Positions 36,752 through 49,153 of a stretch of 64,000 bases of DNA are shown one piece after another. Both the position numbers and the translations under genes were made by a program. Source of the stretch: Rhizophagus irregularis (taxonomy: Eukaryota). The notes beneath the pieces were generated by a model. The model made no database searches, was not told the origin of the DNA, and worked only from the letters and a program-made list of their open reading frames with translations. The stretch lies in NCBI RefSeq assembly GCF_026210795.1, contig NC_089432.1, forward strand, positions 4,836,001 to 4,900,000, read 5' to 3'. Position 1 is the stretch's first letter, and each line of letters begins with the position of its first letter.

Positions 36752-39664
36752 ATGTCTTCTAATAGAAATAAATTAGTTAGTGCCGCAATTAACAGAGCGT
36801 ATATATTAATAGATTATGATAAAAATGAAGAAGAACAATATGAATCTATTAAACAGATCATTCTAACAGACGAATCACTTACAAATAACGAAAAGTTAGG
36901 AGCAATAAATATAATAAGTAAGGACTTTGATGGATTTAAAATTCTTGATAATAAAGGAACAAAAAGAAATTGTGTAAATTGTCAAAAAGAATGTTTAGCT
37001 GAATTATACTGTGAGCATTGTGTCCGAAATTATTTAGAAGCTCAATTTTCAAAATGGACATCTGGAATGAAAAGATTGATAGCATAATTCAAAAATGTCA
37101 AATGGAAACAGTTTCACCTGATAAGATAATAGAATGGATACCATATAATAATTTACAAAATATTAAATATTTGACTAAAGGTGGATATTCTGAGATTTAT
37201 ACAGCAGATTAGATTGATGGAAGATATGAGGAATGGGATTCAAAAGAAAAACAATTAAAAAGGGTTTGTGCACATGTAGTAGTATTAAAGAAGCTAGAAA
37301 ATATAGAAAATACAAATAGAAATTGATGAGGTAATGTTTAATTTAAATAAAAAGGTTTACGATTTTATTGAAAAAAAAAAAATTAACAAATCTCATATTA
37401 AAAATTCAGACTAGATCACATTTTGTTATCAGCAATAAATATGGATCAGTAGTACAATGTTATGGTTTAACAAAAGATCCATCAAATGGAAATTATGTAC
37501 TTGTAATGAATAAAATGAAAATGAATTTAAGAGACAAAATAGTAATAATCTTACATGGAAAAGAAAAATTCAAATTGCTGATGATATAATTTTTGCACTT
37601 TCCAATATTCATGAAGAGAAATTAATTCATAGGGATCTGCATTCTGGAAATATATTATTTGATGAAAATAGTCAAATATTTTATATATGTGACCTTGGAT
37701 TCTGTGGACCGGCTGATGTACCATTAAATGGTATATATGGAAATCTTCCATATATAGCACCAGAAATTATTGCTGGAAAAGGAACTACCCCTGCATCTGA
37801 CATTTATAGTATCGGTATGCTTATGTGGGAAATCTCATCCGGACAACCACCTTTTATTAATTCTGATAATGATTTCGATCTTGCATTAAAAATAATAAAT
37901 GGAATGAGACCAAAAATAATACCAGGAACTCCTTTAAAATATAAAAAATTAATGGAACAATGTTGGGATGCTGATTCAACAAAAAGACCTAATATTTTCC
38001 ATCTTGATAATGAAATTTTTGAAATCAACAAATTGTGTTATCAAAATAATAATGATGAACAGTTAGATTGTTTAAATATGAATATTAGTCTCAATTCAGT
38101 GAATTCATTAATCAGTAGTTTTAGTAAAATACACATTTTTGGAGAAATGCCAGAACCAAGGAATTTTACTGAAGGTAAATTATTTCATATTATATTTCAT
38201 TATTAATTCTTTTATAATTAATAATATTAAAATCTATTGTCTTTGAACCAACAGAAGAGCAAAGAAGGTAATTTAACTAATTTATTTAGTAATAAGATAA
38301 TTAAATACTAACTATCTTTTTAGAAGCTTACTATAGTATTCAACAAGATTTGATTATTCCAGATAGCAAGTAAGTACACAGTGAAATTCGATAAACCGGA
38401 TATTCGATAAACCGGATTTGGGCCTAAACCGGACTTTTTTGCTGGAACCAAATCACGTATATTAAAATAGGCTCGATATACCGGAGTTTACTAGTAAAAG
38501 CTCGATATTCGCTATAACGGATCAATTTTCTAACAAGCTATAGTAAAAATGATTCGATAAACCGGATCACGTGACTGGGAACCAATAAAATTTAAGTAAC
38601 GTGATTCGGTAAATCTTAAATTTGGCCGGAATTATAAAAATCTTAATTCCGGCTGAAGTTAAGTATTACTTATATATTCAATGAAAATATTTTATATTCA
38701 TTTTCATGACCTCTATAACTTAAAACTAGATGAAAAAATCAAATTATAGTGTATATTAGTTTTATTAGCATGAAAATTTTTTAAAAATTCAATATAATAG
38801 ATTTTCAATATATCGAAATTTTTTCGCTAAACCGGATATCCCGATAAACCGGATATTTTTAGTGGAACCGATAGATCCGGTTTATCGAATTTCACTGTGT
38901 ATTTACTTCAATATTTTTTTTTTTTTTTTTTGAGAAATTAATAAAGTTATTTAAAAATATAACTTAAAACTTCATTTAAGATATATATCTGGATATCAAC
39001 CCGAGAATAATGATTCTAAAGTGATAATTGGTAAGAATATTATGTTTAATGTATAATTTATTAAATTATATGATCTAATAATAATTTAATTTAGGTAAAA
39101 ATGTAAAGGATGAATCTGAAAGAATTTACTCGAATAATTTAGAAAGTAATAAATTGTTTTTTTTAACAATAATAGAAATTAGGTATGCGTTGATGATTAG
39201 AAACTAAAAATTATTTTTTATTGCTTTCAAAACAATAGATGAAAATTTTAGGATAATAAAATTAAGTAAAGATAAAGGTAATAATATTTATAAAATTAAT
39301 GTTTTATTCGGACCCTTTAATATTCTAATTTTTTTAAAAAATTTTAGAAATACAAATTGACAATAAAGGAGAATTCAATTATATAAGAAAAAATTACGTT
39401 ACGAATACTAGTATGAATGATGGTGAAAAAAATTATTTTATCATTTTTTTTTTAAAAAAAAATAAAAATAAAATTATAATATTAATGATATTGTGGTTTT
39501 ATCTTAGATGATGATGATGATACATATAATAATCCGAATCTTCACTCGGAAGAACAGGACGAATTAGAAATTTTTGAGGGTAAATTATTCAAACATATTT
39601 CTACTATCTATTTTTAAAATTTAAAGACAACTTTTATTGATTTTATTTTTTATTCTTAGATTAA
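36752..39664 (+). pseudogene. TKL kinase pseudogene
   Basis: Paralog of 42243-44522 (CVNC..YCEHC, WIPYNNLQNIKYLTKGG, HRDLHSG, YIAPE); frameshift near 37066, TAG at 37210-37212, further lesions; 3' micro-exons with YNNPNLHSEEQDELEI. Confidence 0.88.
38377..38899. mobile_element. Tc1/mariner-type MITE in a kinase intron
   Basis: Perfect 25-bp TIR CACAGTGAAATTCGATAAACCGGAT, TA TSD, internal CGATAAACCGGA repeats. Confidence 0.92.
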
Positions 39665-40376
39665 AATCAGAATTATACTTGCAATGGTATCGACATTATA
39701 GTTAAAAATATTCTCATTATTTTTAGAATTAATCATAACTATGACTAGAATAGTTTAATTCATTCTACTGTATATTTCTACTATTTATGGAGTTTAAAAA
39801 TAGCATGTAATTGAATGATTCAATATTATGAAAGTATTATATTTCTACTTACGTAATTTTATTAAATTAACAAATAACCTATTTTGACATATGACGTATT
39901 AAGAAAGGTGTTATTTATTTGGTTATGGTATGTTCTTACGGCATTGTGCTTTATTGTTTTTTATATATGAAACTTTAACCGGTATGATTTCTCCATTTGC
40001 CGTACCTGTTTCTCTGGATGTATATACTATTATTGTATAAATACAACTAAATTTCAATTTAAATCGTTTATTATAGCACATTACTTTTCTGAATTTATAC
40101 AACAATTTGGATTGATGGGAAATATGAAGAACAGGATTCTAAAAAAAAGACCATTAAAAAGACCTAAAACAACTAAATAGATTGAAAAGTTTAATGTAAC
40201 TTTTTTCTAAAAAAAAAAATATATGTATATACAGTACGTTACCTTTATATAAAAAAAAAAAAATATTTTTTCCATTACTTTGCTAGTTTCCTTCAAAATA
40301 TTTATTGATAGAGTGTTGGGCTGTTGGCCTTTAGAAGTTATTTTATTATATCGTTAAAATTGGGACTACGTATTTA

Positions 40377-41582
40377 TTTTTATTTTTATTTTTATATCCA
40401 AAGGAGCACATGGGTAAGACGAATTAATTTAAACATACAAAAGTAATAAAAAAAAAATTCTAAACTATTACACACATAAAACCGCCCGAAGACGGCGCCA
40501 CTCTGGTGTCGATAACATAATCGCGGTACCTAAGTAACCAGGAACGCAACCAAAGAAAAAGGAAAAAGAAAATAAAGAAAAGTTGCCGTATTATTCTTTC
40601 AGCCTTGTAAAGGCCGCCACCTGTAAATACTGTCAGAGGTGGATTGATTCACACTATTCGAAATCAATCGGTTGTTTTGAGAGACGGATCGTTATGGTGA
40701 AGGAATGTCGAAAATGCCTTTCCCCGTTTCTATAGAGGAAAGGGTTCGTTTAGCTTTCTTGTTAAACGCATGGTGTCTGTTGTGATCCAGGTTTGTAGTA
40801 TTATAAACGGCGCGCTTTAACGGTCGCGCTTCTAAAGTTTTAGTATCGTCGGAAGTATCGCTGTGATCACTGCGATAATGTCGTCCAGCTTGTTCTTTAA
40901 CATGATCTTTAAATGATAGAGTAAACTTGCTGTAATCTCTTTCAGCTTTGGCGATAACTTTAGGATTCGTAGAAGAGTGCCGTCGATGAATCCACGAAGT
41001 CATTCTGTTATGATGACGCTCTTGGTAACTATCTAAATAATCAATTTGTAATCTCCTCCGATGAAATTTGTGAACGGAGGTGCCGAAGTAAGGTGCATTG
41101 TCCGAATTATATTTTAACGTTTCTTTGATAGTCCCGTGTATCTCTGGGACATATGTGTAATAAGCCGGTCTAGATGTCTGAGGTTTGAGAAAATCTGAAG
41201 CATCCAAATGTTCAGGGCGGTGCAAGTCATCAGAAATTGAAAAGTCCTACTCAGAGGTATCGACCTCATGAGTGACGTTCATTTGCGTTGCAGTAAAGAA
41301 GGTAGAGCGAGTATTGGTTTCCGGTTTAGCTGACCAGTGGTGAATGCATTTAGCGACATTGTGAGAACTATCAAATAAAAAATTGTCTGCTGGCGCGTAA
41401 AACTTTTCCATATTGTGACGTAACAATGGACTTTTTATTGTCGGGTGTGTTGGAAAATATTCGGTGACAACTATGTGCAAATCTTTTCATTTGTTTGCGC
41501 TTGACTGGTGGATGATTACTATAATGTTCACTGAGATTTTGGAAACATTTCTGATATTTATTTAACCTTGAACGGTATCGGT
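40377..41582 (-). mobile_element. Retroposed insertion carrying a basic, His/Arg-rich ORF fragment
   Basis: Up to 19-bp TSD AATTGGGACTACGTATTTA (40358-40376, 41583-41601); (TAAAAA)n tail on the minus strand; higher GC; ORFs 41480-41247 and 41225-40692. Confidence 0.85.
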
Positions 41583-42242
41583 AATTGGGACTACGTATTT
41601 AATGGGTAAATTCTATTAAATGATTGGTTTATATAAATCACGTGATTGATCATGTAATTTTTTTAAAAATAGTAAAATAGTTAAAACTAGTACAGCTTCT
41701 GTTGGCTGTTTGAACAAATTGAAATTCCTACTTTTATGCTATAGATAAATAATTTTGATGCATCAATGAAGTAATTTACAATAAAAAAATTTTTATTAAT
41801 CATTATGAGAGTTATGTATTTTATTATATATTGATCATGCAAATATATAATAAATTTTATGGAATTAACAAGAAAAAATCAAAACAAATTTTTTAATATA
41901 AAACGTATGCACAATATCTTGTTATACATTCATGAGGTTGATTATTCTTTCAACTTGTTTTAATAAATTCATGTATAACGAATGAAATAATCTGTTCATG
42001 ATTCTATAATTCTATAATGTTTACGACATAAATTTACGTTAAGATACTTAATTTTCGCCTAAATCAATACATTTAATAATTTGAATGAATTTATTAAAAT
42101 TATTTAAATTACAAACTAAGAATTTTGTAAAACATTTACTACTCTAGTCTTAGTGTTTAAATAATCCATGATAAATAAATAAGCGATAATAATTAGAATA
42201 TAAAAAAGAAAATATTGTTAATTTGATTTATCAAAAGACAAT

Positions 42243-44522
42243 TTAAAATCCATCTAAAGATAAAAATAGATTAATTATTTGATTTAATAAAGAAATTTAT
42301 TTTTTTCTACTTATTTTAAGAGCTTACCATCAGGAATTTCCAGTTCATCTTGTTCTTTTGAATGAAAGTTTGGATTATTATATACTTCATCATCATCATC
42401 TGTAATAGATAAGTAAATAGAATTAAAATAGTATTAAAATTGTTTGTTATTACGTAAAATTTTCACCTACCATCGACATATTTTTGAGTTTTTTCTTTTT
42501 CGTCATCTAAATTTTAAATAAAAGTCGCATTTAATAAATGAAATTGATATAGTAACTTTATTTGTTAGTAATTTACTTACTATTTGACTTTATTTGCAAC
42601 TTTTTAAATAATTTAGATAATTCTTTATTACTATCTAAAAATTAAGATATAGAATTAATATATAAATCAATCTCGATTTGACAATAATTAAAATATATTA
42701 CCTCTAAAAATAGTAATTACTTTTGATAATTTGCTACTATTCTGCTCATTTGATTTATTAAAGTCGTCAACTAAAATAAAAAATCAAATATTAAACGATA
42801 ATTCAACGCTATAATGTTATTAAATACTTACTATTGTTAGGAATGTTAAAATCATACAATTTACTATGAAACACTATTAACAGTAAAATAAAGTATTTAA
42901 AACTAAATTAGTATAGTAATCAAAAAATAGTAGATTATATGGTTATACCTTCTTGTTCTTCTATTATAATAAAAAGATAACATTAATAATGTATTTTAAA
43001 ATAAATATATTGATTAATAAATATTATACACTTATACCTTCTGTTGCATTTCTTGGTTCAGGTAGATTTTCAAAGTTGTGAATTTTACTTGTAGATAATC
43101 TGCTACTCATATAATTTTCTTCTACTTTATTCATTTCTAAATTATCCATTTCTGATTTGAATAATTCATCTGACATATTTTGATAATATACATTAATTTT
43201 TTGTATTTTATCACAAAGTGTATCAGCGTCAGGTCTTTTTAATGGATCAGCATCCCAACATTCTTTCATTAAATTTTTATATTCCAATGGAGTTCCTGGC
43301 ACAATTTTTGGCCTTATACCGTTAATAATATTCATTACAATATCATTTTCATGTTCATAATTTATAAACGGTGTTTGTCCAGATGAAATTTCCCACATAA
43401 GAATTGCAATACTATAAATATCAGATGCAAAAGTATATTCTCTCCCAACAATAACTTCGGGTGCTATGTAAGGAAGATTTCCATATATACTTGTTGAAGA
43501 TTTATCAGCAGGTCCACAAAATCCAAGATCACTGATATACCACCGATCATTTGATTGTGAATATAATATATTTCCAGAATGTAAATCTCTATGATTTGCT
43601 TTTTCTTTATGAATATAATAAAGTGCAAGAATTATTTCATAAGTAATATTAATTCTATTTTTCCATGTAAGTTGATTATGATTTTGTTGTAAATATTTTC
43701 TTAAATCTATATCCATTTTCATCATTACGAGAAAATAATTTCCATTTGATGGATTTTGTGTTAAACCAAAACATCGAACAACATCCGCCCATTTATTACT
43801 TATAGTTAAATGTGATTTAGCCTAAAAGACCATAATTTGTAAAAATACTAGTGCTAATACAAAAAACTACAACAATTTCATGAAATATAGAATACAATAA
43901 TACAAACCTCTTCAAACCAACTTTGATTTGCACTTTCAACATTTTCTAACGTTTTAAGTACTACTTCCGTCACTATGATGTTTTGTATTCCAGGTATTTT
44001 AAATCTTTTAATTGCTTTTTTTTCAGAATCCCATTCATCATATTCTCCATTAATCCAATCTGCTGTATAAATTTCAGAAAATCCACCTTTTGTTAAATAT
44101 TTAATATTTCTTAAATTACTATATGGGATCCATTCAACTATATTATTCGGCATGAGTGATTCCATTTGACATTTCTGTATTAAATTATCAATAACATCAT
44201 TTCCAGATGTCCAATTTGAAAAATCTTCTTTTAAATAATTTCGAACACAATATTCACAATATAATGTGGCTAAACATTCTTGCTTACAATTTTCACAAAT
44301 TCTTTTTGTTCCTGAATTTAAATTAACTTTATTTCGATCATAACCTTTAGTTATCCATCTTATTGCATAAGTTTTTTCATCATTTGTAAGAATTTTATCA
44401 GCAAGGACTATTTGTTTTTGAAATTCAAATTGGTTGTGTATATCATTGTAAATATTAGTATCTGTTAATGTTGTTGTTCTATTAATTGTTGCACCAATTA
44501 ATTCATATCGAAAAGTGGCCAT
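42243..44522 (-). CDS. TKL protein kinase with N-terminal Cys motif and micro-exon acidic tail
   Basis: CENC..YCEYC, WTSGN, KGGFSEIY, VVLK, HRDLHSGN, SDLG, YIAPE; several short GT-AG exons ending YNNPNFHSKEQDELEIPDDGF*. Confidence 0.88.
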
Positions 44523-45029
44523 CAATAAGAAAGAATGAAAGAATGAATTATTTTAAGTTCATTCACTTGATAAATTTGATAAATTAGTAAAATGCAAATT
44601 GTCGATCAAAATTTCATGCTGTCCCACATTAATTTTGTGACCTAGAGACGAATGAGATGTAGTATTTATGTATTTTACGCCTCTTCTTAAACCAAAAAAA
44701 GAAAAATATTACTACCATTTACTTATTTAGTATGATTAATAATTTACGTTTTTTTACTTTTTTATTTTATTTTTATTTTATTTTCAGAGAATACAATTTG
44801 TGTTTAACAAATTTGATTGTCATACTTATTGCGGTTTTCAAAATGGTTGAAATCGATGTCGATCATGTAACACAAAAAAAAATTTTATATACGAAATTAA
44901 AGTCTAAATTTTTTTATAGTCTACTATATTTTTTTTTTTTTAATATTTCAATAAACACGTGTGTATACTATGAGTTTGTAAGGTTTAGTCAAAAATAGAC
45001 TGGTATTTTTACTCTTTAACTCCAAGATC

Positions 45030-45110
45030 TCACTTGAATCACACTTGAATCACACTAGAATCACACTTAGATCACAGTGAATAAAAAAGACACTACACTA
45101 GAATCACACT
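45030..45110. repeat. 11-bp minisatellite
   Basis: (AATCACACTTG/AG) about 4-5 copies. Confidence 0.75.
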
Positions 45111-46649
45111 ACAACTAAACTAACCAAAGTATTCTCAGTTCTCTTGGGAAGCAGTAAAATGGTATTTTATGGCACTACTTTAAATATTTATGTGGAAATA
45201 CTCTATCTATATAATTTTTTTACTTAAAAGTTTATTAACTAATTAATAATTAAAATCTTATATTTATAGCCTTGGAATAGAAAGAAAAGGGAGAAATATT
45301 TTTAATAAGTTGCTACAAAGTTTGTTTATTTATTGTTATGTCATATTATGGGATTTTGTTTTAATAAAATTTATTTAATTGATTAGTCTTTTTTATCTTG
45401 AACGCTATTTAAGTGAAATTTAGTGTAATGAACTATAGTTGGTGTGGGTAAATATAATTAAAATTTAACCTAAACAACATATTCAAATTCTTTATTAACT
45501 TGGATTATTCATTTTGTGCATGGCCTGTAAATTTTATATAAAAATAAATAAAAAACGAATGTCAATTAAATATTGTCTTGGTCACGTGATCGCAGATCAT
45601 TTGTGGCTTTGGTGTCAATTCCAACCTTTTAAAGGCTTTTAGCGCAAAAAAAAAAAGATTTTGTGATCTCGTATTACATGACACACATTACATGTGTTTT
45701 TTGAGTGTGTTTTTTTGATATAATTTTTTGTGTGTTTTTTTTGTGTTTTTGTCATCACCTCATATAAATTATCGAATTTCAACCATTTTGAAAACGGCAA
45801 TAATGAATAGATAATATCCTTGATTATTGATTAATTTGATAAACAAAATCAATGATTGTTACTTGTTATTTTTAAATCTTATTTAAAAAATCAATATAAA
45901 CAAGAATACATGATTGATGAAAAGTCAATTTAGTTATTTTCAATTGAATAAACAACATGGCGAATAATAAACATGAAAGATTATAAGAAACCATTCAATT
46001 TACTATTTCTACTAAAATATCCAAGAGAAGAGTTTCTGTAGAATTATAATTATTATTTTTTTTTTTAGGATGTAATGATGGATCGCAAAATACTGTATAT
46101 GTTTAATAAAAATAAGTTTGAATGAAAGAAATTATTACGTAAAATAATAGATCAGGCGCAAGTATGTCACAGGGTTTTAATATCATGGCACGGGTTTTCA
46201 TGTTACACAATTCAAATTATTTATATGGAGACTATCAAGTATATATTTTTTATCATATCAATAGTGATAAATCAATACTTTATTTTAAACGAAATCATAT
46301 TTTGCCACCAACGATACGCCTTTAGTATAGTCAATGTTGATCAAAAAATTATGAACATGTTACCCCAAGCATAATATTTATTTTTATTATAAATATATTT
46401 ATTTGTTCAAAGGAAGAAAAATTCCCACAAGTTTTCTTTAACCATTGTTTAAAAGCAAAAAAAAAAAAATCATGAGAATTTTCTTAACTTAAATTAGAGT
46501 TTTTTTTTTATAATATCTTAATACTATAATATTTCATAATCAGTCTTATCTTTCATATATCAGATACACAATTACATCAAAAATAATATAGAAGAAAAAA
46601 ATGGGCCCAAATCCTCACGAGTTTTGTAGCATAGTATTATCGTGAAGAT

Positions 46650-46986
46650 CTACCTCGCGTTGAATTTTTAACTTAATGATTAAATTCAAATTTTTGAAAT
46701 AAATATATAAAACAGAATAAAAAAAAATTTTTTGTTGTATATTAAATTACCTCACGAATAATTACTTTCACAGTGATGTTGTCAAGATTAAAAAAAGATT
46801 TTAACGCAAATAATATTTCTGAATTTTTCCAATTTGCATGGTACAGTCTTCCAAAACTTTCGTCATCAATTTGTTAAAAGTTATTAAATTGTTTGTATTC
46901 ATAAAATTTCAAATGTTCTTTAACGATAGCTTCTTCAATCCAATTAATCCATTCATTTATCTCGCATTTCGATATTGTCAGACATA
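46650..46986 (-). pseudogene. Truncated kinase-Sel1 family exon 1-2 relic
   Basis: NEWINWIEEAIVKEHLKFYEYKQFNNF*QIDDESFGRLYHANWKN..FALKSFFNLDN; upstream DNA (about 47000-47600) is homologous to about 51420-52080. Confidence 0.85.
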
Positions 46987-49153
46987 ATGAATAATAATTT
47001 GGCTGAAAAAGGTATTAAGAATGATATGATTGAACGGAAAATTTTATTGCAAAATAACAGCCTAGCTATTTACGCTTCACTAAACAGAAGGACCATTAGA
47101 CGCAGTACCGCAGTACCGCAGTAACGACGGTATTCCAAAAAATAATAATTTAACGTTGAAAATATCGTGAGCTACTTTAAACTATGTCGATCATTTGACA
47201 AGTTCGAAACAATTATCTATATCTACAAATTATTATAACATAAAAAAGTTTTAAATTAGTATCCTGTATATTACGTTTTTTTAAAAAATACAAATTAAAA
47301 TAATAAATTGAAATTAATTAATACTTACCGTACAATATCAAGATCATTATTCACATTATTCAATGACACCATCTCTCGACTAATATTGCGAGCACCGAGC
47401 GGGACATCTTGTATTATCGTGTCTTCGCTTGTTTCTGGGAGATAAATTGTTGATTACTGTGTGACATACACCCTATTCAAAAGGTTGCTGTATCATCAAT
47501 AGGTTATGCGACGCAGACTTTGTAGTGCTCTTGCGTTAGTTTGAGATCACAAATGATAATAAACTACATGCAGTCAAAGATCTAACCAAATTATTAGATA
47601 AAATAAAGATTGGTATTAATTTTAAATATTTTTAATAAAACATTTTTAGACTTGAAAGATAAATTTATCTTTTTTTGGATGTTTAATTTAATAATTGAAT
47701 GATCATTCATTTATTGGAAAGCTTTGATTTTATTATGGTAGGCTTCTTCGATAGTATTAAGTCTTGTAGTCATGTCATTGACTGCCGTGATCATTGATAA
47801 AATTTTTTTTGCCTGGCCTTGTTGAGCTCCGACAGTGAAATAATTTTTGAATCATGTGCGAAGAGATCATTGGCAATTTCGAATCACGCGCAGCAATTAT
47901 ATACATACATTTTTTCGGTGAATATCACTGGACCAGCAAGAAAAAATAAAGCTGAAAGAGTCAAAAATATCATGTCTTCCGAAATATTAATAAAAGGAAA
48001 ACTGGACATAGATAAAACTGATGTGTAGTAAATTATTGGTAAGCGTATTTATTGGTGGATCGATGTTTGACTCTAATGGCTTTTTATGCGTAGTTATTGA
48101 AACAACAAGATGCGTTTAACAGTTGGCGCTAAAAAGAAATTCCAATGAAATTACGGTTTTATACGAAACTGATTGACGTAAATAACTATATCCTAATCCC
48201 ACTATTTCACTGAAACTGCAAAAAGAAAAGAAAATTGGATTGAATCAACAGAATAAAAAAATCTTGTCCTTCCTAACAAAAACGAATGAAGAATAATGAG
48301 TGATTAATCTACACACATAATTTTAAATGAACTAACGCCTCATTAATAATTCAAAGTTGTGTAATGAAAAATTTACTCCAGAGCTTTTTAGTAAAAAATA
48401 TGACGAAAGCGATATAAAATATTTTCTAAAAATAAATGTGGTGCCAAATGTCACGCGGTCACACGACTTTTTACGACACATAAAATAGAATAGAATTACA
48501 ATTCGGGCTATAGCCGTAAATACATGTACATGATGTTTTTATGCCCACTTAACCGCGGCCAAAAAAAAATGCCCAGAAAAAAACAAACGGGCCTAATAAT
48601 CATGCATAATTCGCCTAATATAACACTTTTGGATGGTAGAATTATTTTAACTTCCAATTTATTCGAAAAATTTTCTTAAGTTATTCGGAAGTAAATGTCC
48701 ACTATAGATGAAATTTCTGCGTGATACGCTATAGTTCCACGCTAACTAGTTTATAAAATGTATTTATTTAAATTTATTCCGTATTGATAAAAATATGTCG
48801 GCAGATGAAGTGCTTGCAGTAAGCCTGTAGGTCTGTATATGCAGAAATTCATTGATGTTATAGGTTTACACATAATATAATTAATAAATTAATAATAAAT
48901 AAAATTTCTTACTAAAATTTATATTTTAATATTTAATTACAATAATATCCTTTTACATAAAAGCTTAAGCTTTAAATCTTTTAAAATCTATATATTCAGT
49001 TAATAATAAAAGATAATAGTATACTTACAACAAGAATGATCCTTTATATATTGTATTTTAAAGTCTATATTCATTATTTGTAAATTCAAAAAAAAAAAAA
49101 TAATGAAGCAAATTTAATTTAATTTAACATATAAAGAAAGAATTTACTCTAGG

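Noticed and set aside
38377..38899. CRISPR-like short repeats
   Set aside because: Irregular spacing, bounded by TIRs, eukaryotic context, no cas genes.
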